Below are positions 45,584 to 60,322 of a stretch of DNA of 64,000 bases, piece by piece. This DNA is from the human T2T-CHM13v2.0 reference genome, Homo sapiens. The DNA lies in assembly GCF_009914755.1 (NCBI RefSeq), contig NC_060932.1; one strand, 5' to 3'. The position numbers and the translations under genes are program-made. Every line of letters begins with the position of its first letter. Positions within the stretch are counted from its first letter, which is position 1. The notes beneath the pieces were generated by a model that did no database searches, was not told where the DNA came from, and saw nothing but the letters and a program-made list of their open reading frames with translations.

Positions 45584-48464
45584 TCATGTGAACTCCTGTA
45601 TTTTCCTCTCCACAGCCAAATATAAGTCTTAACGTTACATCTGCAATGGAAAAACAAGTCAAACTCAGCAAAAAGGAGCCCTGAAGAGACAGAGTTAAGT
45701 GCTTCCGTGATGAGAGTAGAGTTGGCCTATGCTGTCCCTCCCAGGACTCCTTTACCCAAGAGAAAGAGAGAGTGTGCATCCAAAGGGGAGTGAAAATAGA
45801 ATATAAATAGGGAAAATAGAACCATTCAGAGCAGTTCAGGGATCTTTACTACTCTGACGTGGAAGGAAGAAGGAGGAGAAGAGAAAAGATGAACGGACCT
45901 TGAACCTGGGATATCGCTCATGTGACTGCTACATTGGTATTAAGATACAGCATTCATGTGCCCTGGAATGTTTTGTTCTATTAGGTGCTACACCCAGTAG
46001 AACAGTGCTCCATCCAATGCAATTTTCTGGAATTTAAACAATCCAGACCAGAATTTTTCCTCCTTGGAGATGGAATGTCTTGCTCCAGAGGGAGGAGGAA
46101 GAAGAGAAAAGAGAAGTCTCAACCAGCCTCCTCTCTACCCCACACAGAGAATAGAGATGCAAAACTTCTCCCATAGAGTGTTTCAGCTTCTTCCTCGTTC
46201 CTCTTGCTTCTTTTCTCTTGGGATAATGACTTGGGTTTGGCCAGTATGTAAAGTTGACTTGTGGTACCTGTGGCTCTTCTCCAGGGGTGCTCACAGAAAT
46301 AACTACAGTGGACTAGAATGAGATGCTTGAAACCTTCCCCCGAGCCTAGCTCTGCATTTAGGAGAACAGCACAGCGCACCATGATCTGATATAGGTATAG
46401 GTGGGTGGGAGTCTCAGTCTGTAGTTCTATATCACCTATTAAGAGACTGGAACCTGGTCCCATGTTTTCTGCAGGAGGTTGAGCTCTTAACAATGTGCCA
46501 AGCCAGCAGCTGTGCCCTAGAGTCTTGGCCTAAGACAAGCAAATAATTGTCAGATGACTGAATAGTTCTGTTTCCTTATTAAATCTTAGGTTTAGAATTC
46601 CTTTCACAATTAAAAAGATTTGGACAACAACTTTATAGGGCCAATTCTTTTTATTCCAGGTTATCACAACATCCTCAAAGAAAAATGCATCATGAATGGT
46701 CTTCATACCATCTAACAGATCCAGTTTACCCTCATTCCCGTGGCTTTGTTCTGGCTGCTACCTTCACTTGGCATATTTCTCCTCCCCTTCACCCTTCAAA
46801 CCATGTTTTCTTTCAAGGTCCCCTCAACCCTAATGTGCACTGTGTCTTTCTGTCCACTCAAGTCCTGGCTGATCTCTCCCTATTCACACTTATGCCACTA
46901 TTCTTTTCAGCTCTACCCATGTGGCGCTTGCCAGATGATGTTACCTTTTTTGCTTTGGGAATTTTGCTTTCCCAACTACAGCACAAGTAGGAGTGGTGTC
47001 TTGTAGTACTTTGTGTCTTTCTTCATGTTTCAGATGAGTGTTTTCCATAGAGTGGAGCTCAATTCCTATTTCAGATTTGAGCCATCAATGCTGGGCAATT
47101 TCTTCCCAGGTAAAATGAAGGCAATACTAAAATCTACCTCCAGATGGGACTGTGAGGACCAGATGAGATGCTGTTTTAAAGCCCCGAGACCCCAGCACAC
47201 AGTAGGTCTTCAATAGGTATCATTCCCTTCCCTGTCCTTTCTGGCAAGGAGTTTAGCTTTGACTTATTAAGGACTCATAGGCAAGTCATTTTTTAATTGT
47301 TATGGGAGGAAAAAATGGCATTGCCTTCCTTGTTTTACTGTGGTTTGTGGAAACTCAAAAAAAAGCAGCGTTCGGTTTTACAATCTCTATAAATTGAATT
47401 TCCTGTCTTTTCAGAACTGTGGTTCTTTATACTGTATTTTTGCCTCTTCCACCTCCCAGGGCTGCATGGCATCCATTTACTTCTAAAATTAAACACATTT
47501 CCATTTTGTTTCAAGAATTTCTGCATCTCTGGAGATCTATGGGATGGCTCTGGGCTCCAGATTGCAGCGATCACTGTGGAGCAGCAACCATCTCTCCATC
47601 CTGGCTCCATTGAGCTTCTGCTTCTGTCATATCTGCGCTCCCCATTGGCACTGCCCGCCTGGCGCTCACCCAGGCTGGTCTGACACTTGCTGCTGAGGAT
47701 GGGGCGGGGACCCAGGCAGGCTTCCAATTCTTTCATGAGCTGGGTGCTGCCTGAAGCCAGTGAACTGTGAAGCCCTGTTGTAAAGGCTTCAGAGGGCCCC
47801 AGCATGGCGGGGTGGGGGCACCGAGCCACGGGAAGTGTGTGAGCAAAGAGGGCTGCTGAGAGTAAATTAGCTCCTGGCTTTGAGTCCTGCTGATATAATC
47901 TCTTGATTTTTTTTTTTCCCCACTCTTCAAGTACCACTTAAGTCCCTCTGCTTGCTTCCTCACAAACAATGGAACCGAATGTTCATTTGTTTGCTTGGAA
48001 CTGGTTGGGCATCCCCCCCTTCTCATTTCCAAAGGCTTGAAGTGCTCAGCTGTCCTCTCTCCAGAAGCCGGCCCCCCTTGGCTTTAGTGTCTTCTGTGCT
48101 TAATTGCAAATTATTGATTTGAAGGGAATTAATTTTTAGCTCTTGCCAGATTCAGTTGCTCCTGGGTTGGACTCCTCAGTAGGACACCCTGGGGATCCCG
48201 GCCAGGGCCGGGGGTGGGGGAGGGACCATGGCTTATCAGGGGCTGCTTTGGGCAGAAGGCCACAGACTGATCAGATGCCAGGGCTGTGATCGTCTAGCTC
48301 AGCATCCTGTTTTATCAGAGAGGAAACCGAGGCCCAGGGATCACCAAAGCTTAGCCAGCCACAGAGAGTACAGCTCCCATGTCCCAGCAGGGTCATGTCT
48401 GCAACAGTCCTTGACATGCATAGGCTCATTTAGTTCTCACGAAAACCTAGGAGGATGAGAACTT

Positions 48465-48915
48465 GTTCCCATGCAGATCTGATTTAGTAGATCTGGGTTG
48501 ACACCCGAGATTTTTGCATTTCTTATTTATTTATTTTTAAAATAATTTCAACTTTTAGATACACGGGGTACATGTGCAGGTTTGCTACATGGGTATATTG
48601 TGTGATGCTGAGGTTTGGGCTATGGATCCGTCACCCAGGTAGTAAGCATAGTACCCAATAGGTAGTTGGTGAGAATGTAAATTAGACTTCACATTTCTAA
48701 CAAACACCCTCCATGGGCTGCCGATGCTGCTTGTCCACAATCACATTTTGAGAAGCGAAGGTCTAAACTGCAGAGCTGGGTCCTAACCTTGTCAGCACAT
48801 TGGAATTACCTGGGGGTTTAAAAAATTACTCATGTTTGGAGTCTATCCCTAGAAATTCTGATGTAATTGTCGTGGAGTGCCCTGGACAATGGGAGTTTTT
48901 GAAACTTCATGCAGG
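48465..48915. mobile_element. MER5-type hAT fragments
   Basis: TCTGATTTAGTAGATCTGGG...GCATTTCT|AACAA...; CAGCACATTGGAATTACCTGGGGG. Confidence 0.65.
48522..48686 (-). mobile_element. short 3' L1PA15/16-like insertion
   Basis: GGGGTACATGTGCAGGTTTG..TGATGCTGAGGTTTGG..GTACCCAATAGGTAG; TSD CATTTCT. Confidence 0.8.
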
Positions 48916-48917
48916 CA

Positions 48918-49087
48918 GTTTTTTTATTTGTTATTTTTACTTTTAGGTTCTTGCTTTGTTGCTCAGGCTGGAGTGCAGTGGCATGATTATGGCTCACTGC
49001 AGCCTCAAACTCCTGGGCTTAAGCAATCCTCCTTCCTCAGACCCCTGAAACACTGGGATTACAGGCATGAGCCACCATGTCTGGTCT
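48918..49087 (-). mobile_element. FRAM
   Basis: Monomeric Alu. Confidence 0.8.
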
Positions 49088-50109
49088 TCCAGGCTGTTCT
49101 TATGTTTAGCTAGAATACTTTCTAGCTGCCCCCATCTCTCCCAGCTTTCCTATGTACAACTCTACATTCATTTCCATGGAAGTGCCCTCATAGAAACCCA
49201 CGCGTATATGTATTTTGCAACATCAGAGATCTTAGAACCAAAGGAACAAAATAATAATTACAACATAATTTGTCTCCTGAGCACTTATCTTGTTATTTAA
49301 AATAACATAATGTTACTCCTGGTACCGTACATGCACTACCGCCTTCATGTATCACAAAACCCCTGCACAGCAGGTGATGCTTTAATCCCTGGGAAAGGTC
49401 AGCTGATTCCCCACTTTTCAGTCAGATTTGGCACCATCACATCCACTTTATTCATGAGGCATCTGAGACTTAAAGATCATCATTCCCATGTGTCCTGTGG
49501 GGCCATTGCCAATCCAGGCTGGGTGAGGGAGTGCTGGGTACATTTTGTGATTTGCAAGGCGGGGCTTCCGGGGAGCAGCAGGGCTGATGCACAGCGGGAG
49601 CTGACACATCAATGACCAGAGGAAGCAGCTGCGGAAACAGAAAGCAGGAATGTAGTGAGCAAGGCATGGGGCAATTTCATTGATCTGATTCTTGGGTATG
49701 AATTTCAGCCACCAACTCAGTTGTGCAAAATAGAATTTTTTCTCTGCAACTGAGCTGGACTTAGCTCTTAAGCTCTCTTGTGTCCATAGCAAAAAAACTT
49801 AGTTACTTTCAGATAAATGGTCATTACCAGATTTTTTTTCCTCTATGCCTTTGATAGAAATTCTCATTTGATCCCAGCTCCTTTTTCTTCTCTTCTTTTT
49901 CCCTTGTACAAAAGTGAGGTTGGGTGGTGAGTGGGCTTATTGTCAGGGTAATGTGTGTGTGCCTGTTGTGCTGGACACCTGCATGGCTTGGTCCTATGCT
50001 GGGTCTCCTAAAGTCCTCTGCCACCCCTCAGAGGCTCCCGTGAGTCCCTCTCCATCATCCCTCTCCTCTGTGAGGCTCTACCACCAGTCCTTCAGCCAGT
50101 TTGAATAGA

Positions 50110-50335
50110 GATAGCATTTCCCATGTGCCAGGCTGCATTATAAGTGCTTTACATGTATAAATGTATCCCGTTCTCATGAAAAACCTAAGAGGTGGGTGTT
50201 ATTATCATCCCATTTTACAGATGAGGACCCTGGGACACAGAAAAGGGGTAAGTAATTTGCTCAGGGTCACGTGGTAGAGCCATGACTCAAAATGTCACCT
50301 GGCACCAGGACCTACGCTCTTACTGATCTTACATA
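50110..50335 (-). mobile_element. MIR
   Basis: TTATCATCCCATTTTACAGATGAGG...AAGTAATTTGCTCAGGGTCAC. Confidence 0.8.
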
Positions 50336-50388
50336 ATTGCAATCCCAGGTGTCCAGGGACACCACAGCAATAGTGAAGGGATTTGGGA

Positions 50389-50994
<606 letters not shown>

Positions 50995-52087
50995 AGCATT
51001 AGTGAAGGGATTTGATTGGATGATTTCTTCATAACTTTCAACTCTGACCCTAACCCTAGGTGGGCCAAAAGTGCCATGTATAACTCTTTCATCTTCTGTG
51101 GTTTATCACTTCCACTGCATTTTCTTATTTCTTATACCACGGGGGCTGTGGTATAACATATGCCTGTCTTCCCCTTATTACATCTTCTAGGAGGACAGAC
51201 TATCCTATTCACTGCTGTAGCTCTTGAATGGCTCATATGTTGTAGCTACTCAGCAAATCTTAAGGAACTTGAAACATTGGATTGAATAGTAGCCCAGAGA
51301 CTAGGTTTTCTTGATGGAAGAAAAGGGAGAAGGGAGAGAACTGGAAGACAGGTGGCAGGCTACCCAGAAGGCAATGGTAGGATCAAGTCCAGTGCTTTTT
51401 AAAAATTTGATTCATATTAACCTTCTGGTCTATAGTAGTTTGGAAGCAGAGCACTGTAGGAGCATGTTTAAAATTTCTGTATTACAGCAATGGCTGGAGC
51501 TCCCACGGCCAGCCTTGTGACGTGCTCTTCTCCTTCAGTTTCCCAAAACAAGCATAAAAGGCTCTGTACCCATCAGGTCCTGAGTGAGGAAGCGATTCAC
51601 TTTACAGAGGGTTCTCTGTCTCCCCAGTCCCTCCCTGCTACAATTAACACCTCAAGGAGGGAATTTAAAAGCAAGTTCTTCTTTTTCAATTACCACTTAG
51701 AAAACTGTGTAATAAAACACCACTGCAAGCCTGCTTGCTCTTTTTGAAAGTCTAATTAATTCATTTGCAGAGGTTGCGTCTTGCCTGGTACTGTGTCACT
51801 TGCTCATTTAAAAAGGTGCCAAGGCTTGGAATCACTTGAACAAATCCATTTTCATGTCCCATGTTTGGTGGCTGACAGAACATCATAGGCTGAGATGGCC
51901 CAGAAGCCCAGGGACAACACAAATGTCCTTTGACCCAAAAAATTAACCTGGCTTTGGCTTCACCAACCCCACCCTCTACCCTGGGAGGCATGAGGCCTGG
52001 GTCAAGGCCAGGTTTGGTCACTCAGCAGTCACTATACTTCAGTCTTTTCACCTTCACTTCCTGTACCCTTAAAAAAAAAAATCTTTT

Positions 52088-52417
<330 letters not shown>

Positions 52418-53316
52418 TCAATTTCCACCTAGCAATTTGTTCCCCAAATATACTGCTATCTTTAGTCGATTAACCTGAAACCTACTGCAATTATTGCATT
52501 TCATCTAAAATGTGCCTGTTTGATAAATTTTTGGTGAAAAACTATGTAGGCACAAATGTTACAAAAATTCTATTGATTCACAAGATTGAGTCTCTTCTCC
52601 CTTCCAAATAGTTCATGTGTATTGACAGAATTTTAACCGAGAACCTAGTATCCAATTGGCATTAATTTAAGGGTTTAATTTTTCTAACCTGGCCCTCCTA
52701 TTGCAGTATGAAACTAATATGTGCACAGGGGAGTAGTTGCATTCCCTATAATATCATCTCATTGAAATTTTCTCCACATTATGACACAGGCTAGAGATTT
52801 GTTTTCTACTCAAGGGCACAGGATATTATGGCCACATGCTGAGATGTATGGAACTGGCTGGCTGAGCATCTAGAGTGGGTCAAGGCTGTCCCATGCCAGA
52901 ACATGGGGCCACAGGTGAGGAAGAGAAGCCAGAAGCCCAAGAAAGTCAATCTGAGCAACATAGGGCACAGGTGCAAGGCAAATCTGGAGATGGCAGGAGC
53001 CAGTAAAGGTGAGACAAACCGCATGAGTCAAGAGGCAGGAGAGCAGTCGGAGAGCAGTCAAAGACCAGAAAAAATGTGGGACTGAACAGTGGAAATAAGA
53101 GGAGTCCCAGCATATTTGCATTTACAAGAGGCCAGACCAACAGCTGCCAGACAGATGAACGCTATTCCAAGACTTCTCATTGTTCTTTGACCTCTTCTTG
53201 CTCTAGGTGCACCAAGTGTGGCTTCAAACACCTTCCCATCAACATCTTCTATCTAGCCCTTGAGAAGAACAATTGATTGAAATCTATCCACATCTAAATT
53301 ATATCATGATTCTAAT

Positions 53317-53960
53317 ATCTTAGCCTAGACTTCCCAGAAAACAGAACTCGAAGCAAAGCTTATGCAGTAATGCCTTACTTGGGAAGTGGGCAAAGAGGTG
53401 TGCAATCCCAGGGCTGTAAGAGTGAGGAAAATAGGGAGGTAAGGCAGGAAAAGAGGAAAGGAAGCAAGCTACTTAGTTATATGGCCCCCTTTGGGATAGT
53501 ACAGGCTATCCCAAGTACTGTGTCTCAGAACATTTTTTGTTATTGGGAAAAGGGGAGGGAAACTCATTCACTGGATCCTCTCCTCATCCTGACTCTTGTT
53601 GAAGGTTCATCCCTGTCTCAGTGTTTTGTTGACTGACCCCTGAACTGACTTCTGGGGAGGCAGACTGATGCCCAGTGGTGCAGTGCTACTTCTGAATCTG
53701 GAAGTAGATGGGATGGGGAGACAGAGTCTCTGTGTGTCTAGACAGGTTGAACCTGGGGACTGGAGTTTTTATGGTTGTTGTCATGTGTGGCAGGTGTGAT
53801 GGAGGTCATACTATAGCCAATGCTGATGCTGAGGGGCTGAGGCAGCCAGCGGTGCCAAGAGAAGAGGCAACAGTAACTGCAGTGAGGTCTCTCTGCAGGA
53901 TCAAGGACTGGGGAATACTGGAGGCTGAGTGAATATGAGGAAGCAAAAGACTAGATCACA
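53317..53960 (-). mobile_element. old ERVL LTR (LTR16/LTR67-like)
   Basis: TCTTAGCCTAGACTTCCCAGAAAACAGAACTCGAAGCAAAGC terminus-like; extent uncertain. Confidence 0.4.
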
Positions 53961-55328
53961 TGCACTTATGCAGTGAGGAATTTGGGGTCCAAAATGGTGG
54001 TCTGGGAGGGGAAGGGAATTAACCAAGATCAAATGTGGCTTGGACTAAGGAAGCTGACTTAATTTTAGCTCATTCTAAGGATATCCCAGTCTTTCAAATG
54101 ATAATGTTCCAATAGCAGTGGAATTGTGAGGACTGACTGGTCTCACTTTTGTTATTTAAAAGGATCTTTCAGACTATCTCCTGGCACTGGCATGATTCAC
54201 TGTCAGGAGGTTGGGAGTCAGTTGGTCTCACTGAAGCCCATTTGGATTGGTTGATTGGTTAAAGCAAGATCCAATAGGGTCCTTACAGCCCTCCTGGGAC
54301 ATGTTACTAATAGGCTTGCTAGCTGATTCCAGATCCTATCGGCTATTAGGAGGTGCTGAGATCCTGGCGGGCTTGGTACTTACTGTCTCGGGGACTGAGT
54401 AGGCTGAGTTGGCTACTGTCTAGGAGTGAATGGAGAACTTTGCTAGCCTCTTGACCTGGAGAGGTAAAGCACCTCCACCACCACTACAATGGCAAGGTTG
54501 GGTTACCCCAGTATTAATGTTGGGCAAGATTACTGTGGAAAGGAACATTAGTTGGGGCAACGTAAACTTTACTTGAGCAAATGATGCTCCCCCTTACTCC
54601 CCACCTCCTTTCTTTTTCTTAAAATTAACTTTATCTTGGAATTATTTTTTTAACCTAGAAATAATGAAGTGTATATACCAGAAATGTAACCATCTCAGAA
54701 AACTTTCAGCTTCTCTACCACTGAGATATGTGGATCACAAAGTGAGGATCCTCATATTTATTTGCCTCTAAAGAGAATAGGGTTAAGCAGTTGCTGTCTT
54801 GTAGTTAAGGAATCCTTATAGCAGTCAGGCAGCATGTGACTTAACTCACTTTACCAGGGCTAGGGTTCTTTATGGAGGTTTGAAGGCAAGTTTCCAGTTA
54901 GAAGCGTTCATTTCTCAGGCTGTATTCTGAATTCACATATCTTTTGACCATTTCAAAATGCTGAGAGTGACAATGCAGACTTTGGGTGTTCTGAACTGCG
55001 GGTCCTGGTCAAATACCATCTTTCTATCACAATGTGATTTATAGATGTGTAAGGATAATATTTTGAACTATTAAACAATGATTTTTAATTCTCTCCAAGT
55101 CAATTTATTCCCTCAGCCCCTTTACTATTAAAAAGGCATCACTAGGGAAAGTGAACTGCTGAAAACAGAATCAAACTCTTGGTCTTTGCCATGCAAGATA
55201 AACTCTTAAAGCCCCTAGAAGAGCAGATGGTCTTGAAAGCTAAGGTTTGTTTCACTGTAAGAGGTATGTTTTTTTGAGAGAATTAAAGTCTTTTTGTATA
55301 CCGAGAACTACGCATAAAATATATCTAA

Positions 55329-56281
55329 CAGCAGTTTTAAAACTTTTTGGTTTCAAGACTCGTTTATGCTTTTAAAAACTATTGAGGACCCCACGATTTT
55401 TTGGGGTGGAGGAGGTGGTGGGGTAGGTTATATATAGGTACTTACTTTATTAGAAATTAAAAGTGATGAACTTAAAAAATAAAATTGCAAAGGACAACAA
55501 AATATATTTTCTTAAATTTTCACATGAGCATTTCAAAATAATGATTTTGGAATTTCAAAATAATGATTTATTGGACAATAATGAGAGATTATAACAGATA
55601 TAGCCAAAGGTAGCTGGTAAAAGTTCATTTGAAGCCCTGAGAAAAAGAGTTAATGTCTGAAAACATATTTGTTCATACAGTAAACCTACGACCTTGAAAC
55701 ATTCTAAAAAACTCAAGAAAACAAAACATACATTCTTTTAGGTACCAGAGTAATGACCTCATATGTCATGTGGTCTCTGGAAACATCTATTGCATACTTC
55801 TGAGAAAATGAGAGTGAAAAAGGCAAATATTATCTTTGTATTATAAAAGTAGTTTTGACATTGTGGACTATTACAGTACATGTTGTGCTACTATAGCAGA
55901 ATACCTGAGACTGGGTAATTTATAATAAACAGAAATTTATTTTCTTACCGTTCTTGAGGCTGTTAAGTCCAAGGTCAAGGTGCAGGTATCTGCTGAGGGC
56001 CTTCTTGATGTATTGTCCCATGGTGGAAGGCCAACAAGCAAAGAGGCAAAGGGGACTGAACTGAACTTGCTTCTTTATAAAGGTATTAATCGTTCTTATG
56101 AGGGTAGAGTCCTCATGGACTAATCACCTCTCCAAGGTCCCATGTCTTAAATACTGTTACAATGGCAATTAAATTTCAACATCAGTTTTGGGTAGGACAA
56201 ACATTTGAACCATAGCATGGACCTCCCAAGGGAGCCTCAGGAACCCCTGGGAGTCCCCAGTCTGCACTTTGAGGACTGCTT
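55329..56281 (-). mobile_element. hAT-Charlie DNA transposon interrupted by a MaLR LTR
   Basis: Termini CAGCAGTTTTAAAACTTTTTGG ... CACTTTGAGGACTGCT. Confidence 0.75.
55869..56217 (-). mobile_element. MSTC/MSTD solo LTR
   Basis: GAATACCTGAGACTGGGTAATTTATA...AACCATAGCA; exact 5-bp TSD TGGAC. Confidence 0.88.
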
Positions 56282-56610
56282 ATTAATAAATAGCATTCTC
56301 ATATATCTCAATTTGCCTAGGATAGCCCAAGTTTGTTTGCTGTCCCTACTAATATAGTTATTACAAGCATCCCTCTTTACTCTTAAAAGTTTGAATAAAA
56401 ATTATATGGACACACTATTTACAAACTACAGGCCAAAAGTATTGGCTTAGCCAGTTTTCCTTCACAGATCTTGAGGAAGAGAAGTTTTTAGAGAAGAACT
56501 GAGAGTAGATTGAATCCCTGGTGTGCCTTCTGAAAGAAAAAGCCAATGGCCTAGCCCTGAATTGAGTTCCACTGGGGCGAGGAAGAGATGATTTTTAAAA
56601 TGTACATTAT

Positions 56611-57222
<612 letters not shown>

Positions 57223-57234
57223 AAATGCACATAG

Positions 57235-57392
57235 TTAATGAGTACAGAGTTTCAGTTTGGCATGATGAAAGAGTTCTGGGGGTGTGTGGTGGTGGTGGTT
57301 GTACAACAGTGTAAATGTATCTAATGCCACAGAACTGTTCACTTAAAAATGGCTAAAATAGTAAATTATATATATATTTTATTGCAATAAAT
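57235..57392 (+). mobile_element. L1MB 3' fragment
   Basis: GTACAGAGTTTCAGTTTGG..AATGCCACAGAACTG..CACTTAAAAATGG; TSD AAATGCACATAG. Confidence 0.85.
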
Positions 57393-57829
57393 AAAATGCA
57401 CATAGGTTTGAGGGAGTGGCTCCAGGAGATTGTCAATGTTGTAAAGAAGTGCTGTGTCCACTACAGTAAGAGAACAATGGGCCATCAATTGTTGAGAAAG
57501 GCAAATGGACCTGAAGTGGACAGAAGACTCACAGAGCCCCTCTGTCTCATTGAGATGATCTTGTCAGTGCTCAGGCATGGACTCTTAAGTTGAAAATCTT
57601 GCTAGAAGTACTGACCTCAGCTGAGGATGCATTGAGTCTAGAGGCTGCCCATGAAAGACTAGGTGGGATGAAGTACATCTCCACAGATAACAGAGGAGAA
57701 CAGAGGACAGCCTGTGCCCGATAAGCCCCTCACTCTGAATGCCTTGTAGACTTAGTCTACTTGGAGTTAGTCCATGAGAGAAGGGGAAGAGCAGACCCTT
57801 GAATTGACCGTCAAAATCCTGAATAAGCC

Positions 57830-58132
57830 AGAAAACTCTCCAATAGAAAGACAATGTGAGGTACATTTTACATTTCCTGAGAGTGACATGAAAGTAAAAT
57901 GAAACATGTGAAATTAATTTTAATAATATATTTTATTTGTCCCAGTATGTCTAAAATATTATTTCAATGTGTAATCAATAAGAAAAAATGATTAATGAAA
58001 TATTTTGCATTCCTGTTTGTAGTAAGTCTTAGAAATACAGTGTGTGTTTTCTACTTACAGCAATTGGGACTAGCACATTTCAAGAGTTCATTAGCCACAT
58101 GTGGCTAGTGACTGATGTATTGGACTATGCAA
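57830..58132. mobile_element. MER33 (hAT-Charlie)
   Basis: TCCAATAGAA...GAAATTAATTTTAATAATATATTTTATT...AGCCACATGTGGCTAGTG..TATTGGAC. Confidence 0.8.
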
Positions 58133-58229
58133 GAGTAGAGTTTAAGCCAGAAAGAATCAAACAACAACAACAACAAAAATTTGATAGGATTTACTTGGAC
58201 ATGATTAGATTGTTTTTAGTCAATGAAAT

Positions 58230-58501
58230 GGAAGTAGAACTGATGTGCATTTTTGCCAAGGGCGGAAGCATTTAATTGCCAGTATAAGTCACTAGAGCTT
58301 GCCCATTCACTCATATGGTGAGTGTGGAAGCACATGTTGAAATGGAGCCTCCATCAGATTGAGTCCTGAGTGATTAAGATGAACAGAGCCACCTACCACC
58401 CATGTTGGACACACAGTGAGAGCAAGAAATGAATGGCTGCTTTATGAGATTTAGGAGAGGTTTGTTACTGTAGCATAACTTAGCTTATCCTGACTGATAC
58501 A
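58230..58501 (+). mobile_element. MLT1J-like LTR
   Basis: TTTGTTACTGTAGCATAACTTAGCTTATCCTGACTGATACA end. Confidence 0.7.
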
Positions 58502-58735
58502 TGTGATTAAATTGTATTTCAACTAATTAAACTTTTAAATATAACTTTGGCAAAAATTCATGTCTTATATTTAAAATATTTTCAGAATTTTTAAAGGCTG
58601 TGGGAAACATGCCATTCATTAATGTTCCATGAATCCATTTACCTGGATATATTAATGAATTGCATAAAGGGAGATATCAAACAAAGAAGTAGAATAAAGG
58701 TAATTTTTAAAGTTAGCTTCAAAAAAGAATTTCAG

Positions 58736-59020
58736 AGCTGGGCATGGTGGCTCATGCCTGTAATCCCAGCACTTTGGGAAGCTGAGGCAGGTGGATTGCT
58801 TGAGCTTAGGAGTTCAAGACCAACCTGGGCAATATGGTGAAACCTCACTCTACAAAAAAATACAAAAATTAGCTTGGCATGGTGGTGCACACCTGTGGTC
58901 CCAGCTACATGGGAGGATTGCTTGAGCCTGGGAGGTAGAAGTTGTAGTGAGCAGAGATTGTGCCACAGCACTCCAGCCTGGGTGACAGAGTAAGACCCTG
59001 TCTCAAAAACAAACAAAAAC
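58736..59020 (+). mobile_element. AluJb
   Basis: J-type with an internal deletion. Confidence 0.9.
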
Positions 59021-59329
59021 TGAAACAAAGCAATTTATCAATTAGTGTCTGTTGAGGGATACAAGCAGGTAGAATTTTAATTCTGTAATAGTAATGGCAA
59101 TAAATTATTTGCTCTTACAAGTATTAATAATAGACTATTAAGGAAAAAATCTTGGGATTGTGAGGGCTCTTCTCTATAGATTTTGAAACATTTTCCACTT
59201 ATTTTGGAAACTGATGATTTAAACACAAGATGTTCTAGGACTACAGATAATCTAAATGTTCCACCCATTTAAAAAATCATAAAGGCCAATTTTTTAGTCT
59301 CCCCAGAATTTGTAATTGTTAGCACTAGT

Positions 59330-59434
59330 AATGGAACATGTATGTGCCCATGTATATTTGTTTAAATGGAACATATATGTGCCCATGTATATTTGTTTAA
59401 ATGGAACATATATGTGTCCATGTATATTTGTTTA
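59330..59434. repeat. 35-bp x3 minisatellite
   Basis: AATGGAACAT(A/G)TATGTG(C/T)CCATGTATATTTGTTTA x3. Confidence 0.95.
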
Positions 59435-59614
59435 AAGTGTTTTGAAGCTGTGCATAGAAACTTAACTTTGCAAGGACTTGTCATTATGAAACACAATTAG
59501 AATTTTTCATAATGAGAATTTAAAAAACTCTCATATTCCTAAACGTTCCTTTCACAGGTTAAACTTTTAAATTATCTATCTCATTTTCTTTGAAACTCCC
59601 TGGTGCATGAATAT

Positions 59615-60322
59615 TTTGAAATTAAAATAAAATCCTAAGTGCCCCCTGGACTGATGGAACAGACCCCTCTTGGCCAAGGGGACTCCAGAAAAACTTTAAA
59701 AACTATATTTCCAGGCAGTGACAGGATGGCAAGTTGGTCACACCTCAGTACACCCCCCTTCTTTGCTATACTTTTCTTTTTTTTTTTCTTTTCTTCCTGA
59801 GAGTTAAATAGAAACCAGCCCTGGAAAAGAAACAAGACTCACTCCTCCACAGACTTCAGCACACCACCTGATACTGTAGCCCAACTCCCATCCCTTTTTG
59901 TGGTTTTGACATGGCAAATAACCAGTTTCACAAAGCATTCTTCCCTTACAAATGGCCATTGACCATGAACTGGTTCTGACTGGTTTACAGAAGCTGCACA
60001 CGTAGTGCCTTTGTGTCCTGAGTGTCACCTTCTAATGTACAGAGCCTATAGAGCCTAATTTTGCTGCATTTTAATGTTAAGTCTTCACTCCGTGTGAACA
60101 TGGGATTTATGTAACATGTAAATTTGCTTATCACGCATGTAGGTAACCCCCTTTATGTATGTTTAGCCAGCCTGTTTAGCATAAAACTCCTGTCCCACCC
60201 TTCCCTTTTCTGTCTCAGCCAGTGGCTCTGCTTCCCAGCATGCAGATTGCAGCTCTTCTCAGAAATTCAGAAATAAAGCTGTCCTTTCCAAATTTAGAGA
60301 TCTTGTAACTTTTCAGTAAATA
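59615..60322 (+). mobile_element. MER4-group ERV1 solo LTR (MER72/MER49-like)
   Basis: AAAATAAAATCCTAAG..CCCCTCTTGGCCAAGGGGACTCCAGAAAAAC; AATAAA near the 3' end. Confidence 0.75.

Noticed and set aside
47335-47937. 200-aa minus-strand ORF
   Set aside because: No recognisable domain, non-ATG start, GC-rich sequence; consistent with chance
51132-51156. 9-bp inverted repeat TTATACCAC/GTGGTATAA
   Set aside because: Short, within decayed repeat-like sequence; could be chance or a trivial quasi-palindrome
59330-59434. 35-bp repeats as a CRISPR-like array
   Set aside because: Head-to-tail repeats with no spacers, no cas genes, primate DNA
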